Source: a virus (taxonomy: Duplodnaviria; Caudoviricetes). From it: 37,924 nucleotides of DNA. A program made the position numbers and the translations under genes. The stretch spans positions 1 through 37,924 of the IMG/VR virus record IMGVR_UViG_3300044728_000092; one strand, 5' to 3'. Positions 24,049-32,534 of the stretch are shown piece after piece; position 1 is the stretch's first letter, and the number at the start of each line of letters is the position of its first letter. The notes beneath the pieces are model-generated. The model ran no database searches. It saw only the letters and a program-made list of their open reading frames with translations, and was not told the DNA's origin.

Positions 24049-25302
24049 GTGAGCTTCTTCAGCAAAGATGACCCGCCTACTCCGCCCAATCCCGTTCAAG
24101 TGTCGGGTGCGCAGACTTCGGCAAACGTCTCAACGGCGATCGCGAATGCGTTTCTGAATAATACCAATCAGAGCACGCCGCTTGGCTCATTGAATTACGA
24201 TCAGACTGGCACTTATAGTTTCACCGATCCGTCGACCGGCAATGCCTACGATATTCCGCGCTTCACGGCGAGTCAGACGCTCTCGCCGCAAGAGTTGGCC
24301 ATCCAAAGCGAGGGCGAACGCGGCAAGCTGAATCTGGCGACGCTCGGCGCCGACCAGAGCGGCCGTCTCGGCGGCCTTCTCAGTTCGCCATTCGATCTCA
24401 GCGGTGCGCCCGGCGCCGGCGACGCCGGCATGCTGTCCGGCATCCCGCGCGCACAGACGACATTTGGCGACGGCAACGACTACAGCGCCGACCGCGCGCG
24501 GGTCGAGGCGTCGCTGTTCTCGCGGCTCAACCCGCAGCTCGATCGCGCCCGCACGAGCCTGGAGCAACGGCTTTCCGACCAGGGCATCCGCTACGGCTCG
24601 ACCGCCTACAACGACGCGATGAAGGATTACAACGACCAAGTCGCCGCACAAAGAGTCGCCGTCACGCAGGCCGGGGCCGCCGAACAGCAGCAGGGTTTTG
24701 CGCAGTCCGCGGCGCGCGGGCAATTTGCCAATGCGGGCTTGCTGCAGCAGTTGCAGCAGGCGCAAGCCGCCTACAACGCGCAGAACCAGGGCCGCAACCA
24801 ATATCTGACCGAGCAGTACGCGCTGCGCGGCCAGCCCATCAACGAGGTGTCCGCGTTGTTGTCGGGCGGCCAAGTCAGCCGGCCGAGCTTCATGACGACG
24901 CCGACGCAGCAGATTCCGACCACGGACATCGCGGGGCTGTACAACCAGAATTTCGCGCAGAACTTTCAGAACTACCAGCAGCAGAGCACGAACCAGAACG
25001 CTTTGCTCGGCGGCATTCTCGGCGGCGGCAGCAATATCCTCGCGGGCTATCTGCGCAGCGACCGCGACGTCAAGAAGGACATCCACCGGATAGGCACCGT
25101 GTTTGCGGCGCTTCCCGAGCGCGAGAGCAAAAAGCTGCCGATCTACCGGTACGCCTACAAGGACGACCCCGCAAGCACGGCGCATATCGGGCCGATGGCA
25201 CAGGACGTTGAGAAGATCGACCCTGGCGCGGTGAAGACGATTCGAGGCGTGAAGCACATCCAGCCCGAGCGCGTGATGGGCAACATATTGAGGGCGGCGT
25301 GA
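24049..25302 (+). CDS. Internal virion/ejection protein with C-terminal peptidase S74 (intramolecular chaperone) domain
   Basis: Q/N/A-rich helical body, Gly-rich hydrophobic LLGGILGGGSNIL, then SDRDVKKDI...IYRYAY...GPMAQDVE. Confidence 0.75.
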   Translation: MSFFSKDDPPTPPNPVQVSGAQTSANVSTAIANAFLNNTNQSTPLGSLNYDQTGTYSFTDPSTGNAYDIPRFTASQTLSPQELAIQSEGERGKLNLATLGADQSGRLGGLLSSPFDLSGAPGAGDAGMLSGIPRAQTTFGDGNDYSADRARVEASLFSRLNPQLDRARTSLEQRLSDQGIRYGSTAYNDAMKDYNDQVAAQRVAVTQAGAAEQQQGFAQSAARGQFANAGLLQQLQQAQAAYNAQNQGRNQYLTEQYALRGQPINEVSALLSGGQVSRPSFMTTPTQQIPTTDIAGLYNQNFAQNFQNYQQQSTNQNALLGGILGGGSNILAGYLRSDRDVKKDIHRIGTVFAALPERESKKLPIYRYAYKDDPASTAHIGPMAQDVEKIDPGAVKTIRGVKHIQPERVMGNILRAA

Positions 25303-25303
25303 G

Positions 25304-27613
25304 ATGGCAGACCCTACGTCCTTTTTCTTCGCCAACGCCAAGCCGGGCGAGCCGCTGAGCTATGAGGCGCTACAGACACGGCGCAAGATCGCCGAGCAGC
25401 TCATGGGCAAGCGCTCGCCGTTCCCGAAGACATTCGGCGAGGGGTTGACGTATGCCGGCGAGCGGTTCGCCGACGTCATGGATATGAACCGGCTGGATCA
25501 GTTAGAGGCCGCACGATCTGGTCAGTTGGCCACACAAAGGGCCGCAGCAGCGGGAGCTTTGGGCGATGGACCGGCAGCAACGTCAGGTGCAACAACGGGT
25601 GGCGTCGAGAACACGGCGGTGATGCCTGCGGCGCCATTGCCCCCGCCTTCGCAGGGCTCGCGATCTACGCTGCCGACTCCCAGCGGCACTCCGTTGGAGG
25701 CGGGCAAGCCTGGTTCGCCGCTCGAAAACGCTTCGCCTTCGGAAGGCGGCTTTAATTATCTTGACGCCGCCGCTCTTGGTGGGGGCTTTGGCCCGCGGTT
25801 TCGTACTGAGCGCAACGCCGAGGTTGCTTCGCGCGTCGGGGTCGACAAGGCGATCCAAGGCATCAATCCTGAAATGCAGGCGCGGATGATGGCAGCCTAT
25901 AACGCCATGCCCGACGACGTGAAAAAGGATTTCGTCTACAATGAGGGATCGCGCCCGCGCGCTTATCAGCAATACCTGTACGACACCCGCGCAGGCCGCG
26001 GGCCGGTCGCGCCGCCAGGATCGTCGCGGCACGAAACGGGCGAAGCCGTCGATGTCGACCGTTCGCCCGCCCTTGATTGGCTGAAAGCAAACGGCGCGCA
26101 ATTCGGGCTCGCCGGCATCCCCGGCGACTATCCGCACCTTCAGATGGCGCGTGGTGGACGGCAGTTTCTCGATCCGAACAACCCGGCAACCCTCCCGATC
26201 CCCGGTCAATCGACCGTGCCGACTATACCGCCGGGGAATCGCGATGGCATGACCGCGGCTATTGTGAACCAAAGCCCAGCCGGCTCCATGGTGAACACGC
26301 CTGCGCCACTGAGCGGTGGGACCGCCACTCCCGATATGCTGGTGCCGGGAGGTTTCACGCAGCCCGGCGGCCCCGTCAGGACCGCAGCACTGACGCCCCC
26401 CGGTGTAGTGAGCGATGCCGGCGCGCAGGCGGCGCTGCCGCCCCAGACGCCGGACCTCGTTCCAGGCAGCGGCCCGCCGATCACGACGCAAACAATCAAG
26501 CCGATGCCGATACAAGTTGCGCAAGACTCGCCGCAGACTGGGCCGGTCATTCCGCAACGGCCGGCGAACATGCCTCCTGGCTACGAGATGGCCAAGCCGG
26601 TTCCGCCGCCGGTCCCGGACCGGCAGCCGATGGGGACGACAGAGCGGAATGCAATTCTGCAATCCATGACGGATGATCCGACCGTCAAGGCGTACTGGGC
26701 GCCTGTGATCGCCAATGAGAAAGCCAAGCGCGATTTTGTCGATCACCGCAACATCGAGGCCTACAAGACCGCAATGGCGCACCATACGGCGATGCTGACA
26801 CTTTGGGAAAAAGAGCAACTGGAGGAGCAGGGCAAGTCTTTGAAAACAACCGGCGAGGCGCTCACGTTGAGTGCATTGCCGGAAAAATTAAAGCAGGACG
26901 CTGCCAAACGAGTATCGGAAAACAAGGAACTCGATCTCAAGAACGAAACCGCCACCCGTGCAGCCAATTTTGCGACGCAAATGGGCGGGTTGCCGGAAAC
27001 GGCCGTCAACAGCATCGTCAAGGATTACATCGACAACAGAAAGCCCGCCGTCGATGTCATAGCCAAGGCACAGCCCGCGATCCGCGAAGCGCGGTTGGCC
27101 TTGTCGCAGGGGGCTATCACGGGGTTTGGAGCCGACGCGCGCATCAACTGGGGACGGCTTATGACCCTCATGGGACACCCTGACCAAGGCAGCGATGCCG
27201 CTAATTCGCAATTGTTCAAGACCGTGATGCAGCCGGTGATCAACGCGCAGCGCACTGCCGCCGCCGGCAATGCAAATATATCGAACGCCGACATCGCCAA
27301 TGCGGAAAAGGCGGCGGCCGCCGATTATAATCTCGACGCCAGAACGCTGCACCGCATGCTCAACATTCTCGAAGAAAACGCTGTCGAAGTCCTTAAGGAC
27401 TACAAGGCCAAGTCATCCGTGCTGTTTGGCACGGAAAGAAACCCGGCGGCAGCGGCGGCATTCGGGGCACCGCAGTTCGATCCCGAGATGCAAAAGCTAC
27501 CGGCACCGCCCAAGGGGCAGCGAGTGCAAGTCTGGTCGTCCAAGGATGCTAAACGCTATCCGTCAGGCACGTTGGTCACTTTGCCTGACGGCCGGGAAGG
27601 GACGGTGCCGTAA
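25304..27613 (+). CDS. Ejection protein with M15-family (D-Ala-D-Ala/VanY-like) peptidoglycan peptidase domain
   Basis: EGSR...YQ..LY, VAPPGSSRHETGEAVD, WLKANGAQFGL and DYPHLQ match the LAS/M15 Zn motifs. Confidence 0.8.
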   Translation: MADPTSFFFANAKPGEPLSYEALQTRRKIAEQLMGKRSPFPKTFGEGLTYAGERFADVMDMNRLDQLEAARSGQLATQRAAAAGALGDGPAATSGATTGGVENTAVMPAAPLPPPSQGSRSTLPTPSGTPLEAGKPGSPLENASPSEGGFNYLDAAALGGGFGPRFRTERNAEVASRVGVDKAIQGINPEMQARMMAAYNAMPDDVKKDFVYNEGSRPRAYQQYLYDTRAGRGPVAPPGSSRHETGEAVDVDRSPALDWLKANGAQFGLAGIPGDYPHLQMARGGRQFLDPNNPATLPIPGQSTVPTIPPGNRDGMTAAIVNQSPAGSMVNTPAPLSGGTATPDMLVPGGFTQPGGPVRTAALTPPGVVSDAGAQAALPPQTPDLVPGSGPPITTQTIKPMPIQVAQDSPQTGPVIPQRPANMPPGYEMAKPVPPPVPDRQPMGTTERNAILQSMTDDPTVKAYWAPVIANEKAKRDFVDHRNIEAYKTAMAHHTAMLTLWEKEQLEEQGKSLKTTGEALTLSALPEKLKQDAAKRVSENKELDLKNETATRAANFATQMGGLPETAVNSIVKDYIDNRKPAVDVIAKAQPAIREARLALSQGAITGFGADARINWGRLMTLMGHPDQGSDAANSQLFKTVMQPVINAQRTAAAGNANISNADIANAEKAAAADYNLDARTLHRMLNILEENAVEVLKDYKAKSSVLFGTERNPAAAAAFGAPQFDPEMQKLPAPPKGQRVQVWSSKDAKRYPSGTLVTLPDGREGTVP

Positions 27614-29118
27614 TGGCAACCGGACAGGACGAATGGGCTGATTTTCTCCCGAAGGCGGCGGAGCCGTCTCCGGTCGTCGAGCCGACAGCGCGCATTACTG
27701 TGCGGCCGGCGTCCGGTGCCTATCCGGCCGCGCCTGCAAACGACGAATTTGCGGTGTTTAATCCGAAGCCTTTGCCTGAAGTCGTAAGACGCGGAACGAT
27801 TCTGCCGTACACGACCTACAGCGACAAATCTGTAAAGTTCGAGCCGCTGGCGTCCGGCGCGATCGGCAGCATCCTGGGCCTGGGAAAGGATCTCTATGAA
27901 GGCGGGAAGCAAGCCGTCACCTTGCCGAAGCGCGTCTACACTGGCGAGACCCAAATACCTGCGACGTTCGACCCGGCCGTCAACGACCCGCGTGCCTCCG
28001 GCATGATCGGGGAAGCTGCCAATTTCGCAACTATGTTTGGACCGAATATCAATCCTATGGTACGTTCCGGCGACCGCGCGCTTGCCGGCGCCGGGCGGAC
28101 TGCGCCGGACCTGTCGATGGCGACTGTCCCTAGTTTCCAGGAGGCAAAAAGGGTTGGTGGTGAGCAGCACAACGCGGTAAGGGAACTTCCGGTTAAATAC
28201 GATCCGCAAGCCATGCCCGTGATGGCAGACCGGATCGAGCAAGAGTTGATCAGAGATGGCGTCGCCAGGGAAGATTCAGAGGGTCTCTACAAAAGCCTTG
28301 ATCGTCTCCGGGCCTCAAAGCCGCCTCCCGGCGAAACCATCCATCTCGAGCCAGCCAATCTCATCTCGATCCGTAAGAACATCGCCAACAAGTTCGAGAA
28401 GCCGACGGAAGACAGGCACGGCATCGGCATTGCGCTTAAGCACATTGACGACTTCATTGAAAACCCTCCTGCGGCGGCTGTTCTGGCTGGACCCGCTTCC
28501 GAGGTCGGAGACCTTTACGCCAAAGCCCGCGCCAACTCCGCCGCCGGGTTCAGAGGTGAACTCCTTGCCGGCATCGATCGCGCTTCCGGCCTTCGAGCCG
28601 CCTCGGCTGGCTCCGGTCAGAACCTTGGGAACACTGTTCGGTCCCAGGTCACCTCGGCAATTCTCAATGCCAAAAAAATGCGAGGGTTTAACCCTGAAGA
28701 AATAGCGATGCTGGAAGCCATCCCGGAGGGCTCGGCCGGCAATAACTTGAAGCGATTTGCCGGCAACGTCTTGGGCGGCGGAGGCGGTGCATACACCGGG
28801 GCAGTCGGTACGACCGCCGCTGGGGCAGCTCATCTTCTCGGCGCTGGTCCTGTTCTTGACGCAGTGGCCGGCGTTGCCGTGCCTGCGGTCGGTAAATACC
28901 TGAAAAATAGCGCCGGCATCGGCACTGCCGAAGCGCTGCGGGCGGCCGAGGAAGCAACGCTGCGCCGGTCGCCTCTGTTTCTCGAGCAGGCGGCCAGCCA
29001 AGACCTTGTTTCCGGCAAGCCGTGGCGGGATGCATTGACGCGCGCCGTGATGAACAGGGCGGTGCGGCCAAGCGAACCGCCGCCACGGCCGCTGGAATAT
29101 AACCCCAACTTCTTATAG
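27613..29118 (+). CDS. Ejection (DNA transfer) protein
   Basis: 501 aa, Ala/Gly-rich and helical, with a C-terminal hydrophobic Gly/Ala stretch; DEWADF N-terminus; TAATG coupling. Confidence 0.65.
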   Translation: MATGQDEWADFLPKAAEPSPVVEPTARITVRPASGAYPAAPANDEFAVFNPKPLPEVVRRGTILPYTTYSDKSVKFEPLASGAIGSILGLGKDLYEGGKQAVTLPKRVYTGETQIPATFDPAVNDPRASGMIGEAANFATMFGPNINPMVRSGDRALAGAGRTAPDLSMATVPSFQEAKRVGGEQHNAVRELPVKYDPQAMPVMADRIEQELIRDGVAREDSEGLYKSLDRLRASKPPPGETIHLEPANLISIRKNIANKFEKPTEDRHGIGIALKHIDDFIENPPAAAVLAGPASEVGDLYAKARANSAAGFRGELLAGIDRASGLRAASAGSGQNLGNTVRSQVTSAILNAKKMRGFNPEEIAMLEAIPEGSAGNNLKRFAGNVLGGGGGAYTGAVGTTAAGAAHLLGAGPVLDAVAGVAVPAVGKYLKNSAGIGTAEALRAAEEATLRRSPLFLEQAASQDLVSGKPWRDALTRAVMNRAVRPSEPPPRPLEYNPNFL

Positions 29119-29132
29119 GGAAGGATGCAGCC

Positions 29133-30497
29133 TTGCCCAGAGTCGCAGGAATCTACAGCCGCCCGACCGGCATCGACGCCGTCCCCAACAACACGATCGA
29201 CTCGGGGAAATACAATAGCAACGTCGCCGACGTCGAGGCCGATTTGAACTTGCCGCGGCCGATCATTGCGGGCGGCACCGGCGCGGTCAATGCCACCGAT
29301 GCGCTGACCAACCTCGGCGCCGTGGCCAAGGCTGGCGACACCATGACTGGCGATTTGACCATCTCCGAGGCGAACCCGGATTTAATCCTCAATAAGACAT
29401 CGGCAGCCGGATATAGCCAAATCCTCGGCACGCTCAACAATGTGCGCCGCTGGCAAGTTGTTCTTGGAGACGGAACGGCGGAGACTGGCGGCGATGCCGG
29501 ATCCCAATTTTTAATTAACAGTTACACCGATGCGGGGGCCTTCAAGGCGGCCAACCTTTCCATTAGCCGCGTGAGCGGGCTGATCAGCACCGGCGGCCCC
29601 TTGCGCGTCAACGGCCAACTGATCGCCGCGATTACATCGACGACTGGGACCATTTATTTCGGCGACACCGCCAACGGGAAGTACATTGACCACAACGGAA
29701 CCGTATTTAGCATCTCGGGACCATGCAATGTTGCCGGTGCCCTGAACGCGACAGCCAATATCGGCGTAGGAACCGGCGGCACCACCGGAACCGTTTTCTT
29801 CGGCAACACTGGGGCGAAATACCTCCAGTGGGACGCCACACAATTCAATTTGCAGGGGCCGCTTGTTGTCAACGGAAAGACCGTCTGCATTGGAGACTTC
29901 GTCGCCCAAATCAATGCAACGGTGGGCATCGTCTATTTCGGCCCTGTTACCAACGGACGCTACCTGCTCTGGGATGGCAGCAATTACTCCTTTCAAGGCT
30001 CGACCGGCGCAGCCTTGATCCTCGGCCCAACCGGGACACTGAACATAGCGAGCCAGGGCTACAAGCCTGGCGGAGGGCCGTGGGCGGATTCATCCGACGC
30101 TCGCATCAAGGATGTGATTGGCGACTACAACCGCGGGCTTGACGACGTCCTCGAGCTCAGGCCGGTGCTCTACACCTACAAAGGCAACGACACGCGCGAG
30201 CCACCCAATAATTCGACCGGCCCCGACGCGCCCAGCGATAAGTCCACCCCGGTCCTGCCCTACAAGAACTCTCCGCACTACGCTGCGAGTCTCGCCGGTA
30301 ATAGATACATCGGGTTGATCGCGCAGGAGGTCGAGCCGGTCATGCCGGAAATGGTCGACAAGACCGCCGGCTATATCGACGGTGTTCCGGTTGACGACAT
30401 TCGCAACCTCGACACCACCGCGCTGATATTTGCGCTGGTAAATTCCGTCAAGACGCTGGCCGCCAGGGTGGCGGCGCTGGAAAGCGCCGCGCCATGA
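29133..30497 (+). CDS. Tail fibre with C-terminal peptidase S74 chaperone
   Basis: KAGDTMTGDL, three TG.(I/V)(Y/F)FG...(K/R)Y(I/L) repeats, SDARIKD...LRPV.Y.Y...GLIAQEVE and a terminal coiled coil. Confidence 0.85.
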   Translation: MPRVAGIYSRPTGIDAVPNNTIDSGKYNSNVADVEADLNLPRPIIAGGTGAVNATDALTNLGAVAKAGDTMTGDLTISEANPDLILNKTSAAGYSQILGTLNNVRRWQVVLGDGTAETGGDAGSQFLINSYTDAGAFKAANLSISRVSGLISTGGPLRVNGQLIAAITSTTGTIYFGDTANGKYIDHNGTVFSISGPCNVAGALNATANIGVGTGGTTGTVFFGNTGAKYLQWDATQFNLQGPLVVNGKTVCIGDFVAQINATVGIVYFGPVTNGRYLLWDGSNYSFQGSTGAALILGPTGTLNIASQGYKPGGGPWADSSDARIKDVIGDYNRGLDDVLELRPVLYTYKGNDTREPPNNSTGPDAPSDKSTPVLPYKNSPHYAASLAGNRYIGLIAQEVEPVMPEMVDKTAGYIDGVPVDDIRNLDTTALIFALVNSVKTLAARVAALESAAP

Positions 30498-30676
30498 TGA
30501 CCGTCCCGACCGATGTCGCCAAGCAGGCCGTTGCCGCACTGAGCGGGACGCCGCTGATCCTCGCGCTTATTTTAATTAACCTTATGGCACTAGGTGGATT
30601 CGGCTATGTGTTGCATTCTATCTCAGGGGCCATGGAGCGGCGCGAGGCCATCTTAAAGGCGTGTATCGAGAAATAG
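30494..30676 (+). CDS. Single-TM membrane protein (paralogue-like of 9179-9466)
   Basis: PLILALILINLMALGGFGYVL TM; ends ILKACIEK. Confidence 0.65.
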   Translation: MMTVPTDVAKQAVAALSGTPLILALILINLMALGGFGYVLHSISGAMERREAILKACIEK

Positions 30677-30685
30677 GAGGGCGAT

Positions 30686-30883
30686 ATGGTCGAAGGCCTC
30701 ATCATGCTGCTGATCTACATCTGCCTGGTCGTCGGCGCATGCTGGCTGGTGATGTGGGTGCTTGAGCAGCTCGGCATCACGCTGCCGCCGCAGGTGGTGA
30801 AGGTGTTTTGGGTTGTCGTGGTGCTGATCGTAATATTGCTGCTCTATCGCACGCTCGCGCCGCTCTTGAGGTTGCCGGGATGA
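30686..30883 (+). CDS. Two-TM small membrane protein
   Basis: AGGAGG RBS; two hydrophobic segments joined by LGITLPPQ. Confidence 0.75.
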   Translation: MVEGLIMLLIYICLVVGACWLVMWVLEQLGITLPPQVVKVFWVVVVLIVILLLYRTLAPLLRLPG

Positions 30884-30993
30884 TTCAAATGCCCACCGGG
30901 ATCTGGGTGCTTATCGCCGTCACCGCCGCCATCGCAGCGTTGGCGCTGATCGGGTATCTAAGTGGGGCTTGGGATTCGCCATTGCCGCCCTGA
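30880..30993 (+). CDS. Single-TM peptide
   Basis: MIQMPTGIWVLIAVTAAIAALALIGYLSGAWDSPLPP; ATGA overlap. Confidence 0.55.
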   Translation: MIQMPTGIWVLIAVTAAIAALALIGYLSGAWDSPLPP

Positions 30994-31003
30994 AGGAAAC
31001 ACC

Positions 31004-31147
31004 ATGACCCACCCGGACCGTGAGAAAGAAGCAGAGGATAATTGGAAGCCGCCGCCGCGCATCGTGGTCGATCTCTCTGTGCCCGACGGCGTCGAGTTGG
31101 TGCTTGTCATCAACGGCGTGCAACTGATGCCGGACGACGACCACTAG
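31004..31147 (+). CDS. Small hypothetical protein
   Basis: AAGGA RBS; PRIVVDLSVPDGVELVLVINGV beta-hairpin. Confidence 0.55.
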   Translation: MTHPDREKEAEDNWKPPPRIVVDLSVPDGVELVLVINGVQLMPDDDH

Positions 31148-31226
31148 ACGGAAACACCCCGCCGGTACACTTAACATGTCACCCGGCGGGGCGCCCGTCG
31201 CTGACAGGACAGGGGGGTCCGTCAGC
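31147..31226. terminator. Hairpins at the convergence of the late and early arms
   Basis: CCCCGCCGG...CCGGCGGGG stem extended by GACGG/CCGTC; second stem GCTGAC...GTCAGC. Confidence 0.6.
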
Positions 31227-31364
31227 TCAGCTGTTGCCGCCGATGGCGGACTTGAAGTCGCCGGCGCTCGACTGCGGGTCAACCCCCAAGTTGTCGATGA
31301 TGCCCGCAGCGGCTGTTGCCGGCATGGCGAGCGCCACAACGGTAGCAAGCAGATACTTCTTCAT
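31227..31364 (-). CDS. 45-aa protein with Sec signal peptide (secreted peptide or truncated remnant; not in ORF track)
   Basis: GAGGAG RBS; MKKYLLATVVALAMPATAAA-GIIDNLGVDPQSSAGDFKSAIGGNS*. Confidence 0.65.
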   Translation of the reverse strand: MKKYLLATVVALAMPATAAAGIIDNLGVDPQSSAGDFKSAIGGNS

Positions 31365-31385
31365 GTTGGTCATTCTCCTCTGGGG

Positions 31386-31805
31386 TTAAGCTAAAGTCCG
31401 GCTCCTGTTGTAAACGCGCTTGATGTGGTCGGCGCACCACGAGATCCCCGGTCCTGCGACCGGCTCGGCGCAGAACAGGTAGGACGGCGTGTCGCGAACC
31501 GGCCACCGGCATTCGCTCTGGGTGAGGTCGAGGAGCGGGACGCCGTCGGGACGCGGGGGACGAGGTGGCGGCGGCGCGATTGCGATCACGGCTCGAGCCG
31601 GACGCGGGGGCCGCCGGCGCCCCGCCGGAGGCTTCTTGACGGCTTTGCGCTTCGGCAGGCCGAGGCGCCGGATGCGGCGCGCGAGACTGGCGCAGGACAT
31701 GCCCACCGCCGCGGCGATCAAAGGGTAGGTCGTGCCCTTGGCGTGCTCGGCCCGCAGGTAGGATTCCTCCTCGGGGGTGAGGGCGATTTTAGGCGGGCGG
31801 GTCAT
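31386..31805 (-). CDS. gcrA: GcrA-family cell-cycle regulator homologue
   Basis: N-terminal HTH (T.EEE..LR.....G.T...IA...GMS......I.RLGL), Pro/Arg linker, C-terminal [13 protein letters not shown]...FCAEP.....SWC..H..RVY. Confidence 0.85.
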   Translation of the reverse strand: MTRPPKIALTPEEESYLRAEHAKGTTYPLIAAAVGMSCASLARRIRRLGLPKRKAVKKPPAGRRRPPRPARAVIAIAPPPPRPPRPDGVPLLDLTQSECRWPVRDTPSYLFCAEPVAGPGISWCADHIKRVYNRSRTLA

Positions 31806-32497
31806 CGTTCCACCCCAGCACGCGGGAAGTTTGTCATGGCAAACTCGCCGAAGCGTTTGATCGCCGCTATATCGTAGGCTTTGGCAGCTTCCTCGGGTGT
31901 GTCGAACGTCCCTAGGTGGCGATGCGCAATGCAAGCACACCAGCGTCCGGTTTGCTTTACAGCATGGACCCCTCGAAAACCGGATGCACCCGCTCGCTGG
32001 CGCGAGTTGCCGCTATTTTGAAGCGGCGAGCATGTGCGCAGATTTGACCGCCGATTGTTGAGACCGTTGTGATCTCGATGGTCTACATCGCTCGACGGGT
32101 CGCTCAGCAATTCGCGATGCAGACGAACGCGCCGCCCTTTCTTTATTCTGATCGCGTAGACCAGTTTGTCGCTACTGATCAACACATGCCACATCGCCTC
32201 GCTCAGAAACAACGCATCCTGTGGCGAGACGAAAGCCACGAACCCCTGGGTCAGCACTGCCCACGCGTGCTCGCCGCAGTCGCATAGCCCGCGATAATAT
32301 CGCTCCGACCGATCCGACCGAAATTTGCGGTAGATTCGCGGGACCTGCTGCTTCGCACGGGGCCGTTTAGGCCCTTTTCGTTCACTTTGACCGAGACGAG
32401 GTGGTTGCCATTGGGTGCGGAAAACCCTAATAAAATAGGGCCTTAAGCACACGTCGGGGCATAGCGCAGTCTGGTAGCGCGTCTGGTTTGGGAGCAT
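31802..32497 (-). CDS. HNH endonuclease with AP2 DNA-binding domain (start uncertain)
   Basis: [18 protein letters not shown] (HNH); SGFRGV...RWCACI...[17 protein letters not shown]...FGEFA..NF (AP2). In-frame starts: GTG 32452, ATG 32497, ATG 32524. Confidence 0.85.
   Translation of the reverse strand: MLPNQTRYQTALCPDVCLRPYFIRVFRTQWQPPRLGQSERKGPKRPRAKQQVPRIYRKFRSDRSERYYRGLCDCGEHAWAVLTQGFVAFVSPQDALFLSEAMWHVLISSDKLVYAIRIKKGRRVRLHRELLSDPSSDVDHRDHNGLNNRRSNLRTCSPLQNSGNSRQRAGASGFRGVHAVKQTGRWCACIAHRHLGTFDTPEEAAKAYDIAAIKRFGEFAMTNFPRAGVER
32405..32433 (+). promoter_or_regulatory. Putative promoter upstream of the tRNA fragment
   Basis: TTGCCA-N17-TAATAA, ending 21 nt before the tRNA 5' end; inverted repeat CCCTA-N6-TAGGG overlaps the -10. 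Confidence 0.55.
32455..32493 (+). other. attP core: 5' half of tRNA-Pro(TGG)
   Basis: CGGGGCA-TA-GCGC-AGTCTGGTA-GCGC-G-TCTGG-TTTGGGA gives the acceptor 5' strand, D arm and anticodon loop. Pairing is lost afterwards. It lies about 40 nt past the int stop. Confidence 0.85.
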
Positions 32498-32534
32498 GTG
32501 GTCGCGGTCCCGATTCGCAAGCATGTTCAAGGTC

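Noticed and set aside
4232-29001. Long antisense ORFs (e.g. 4232-5275, 7195-8199, 13053-14255, 24187-25341, 25583-26818)
   Set aside because: They are shadows of well-supported plus-strand genes in GC-rich DNA and have no recognisable motifs.
29133-30497. Diversity-generating retroelement targeting the tail fibre
   Set aside because: No reverse transcriptase and no template/variable repeat pair are visible in the window.
32455-32530. Complete tRNA-Pro gene
   Set aside because: The 3' anticodon strand (expected CCAGA), the TTCGA loop, the acceptor 3' strand (TGCCCCG) and CCA are missing. Treated as an attP fragment.
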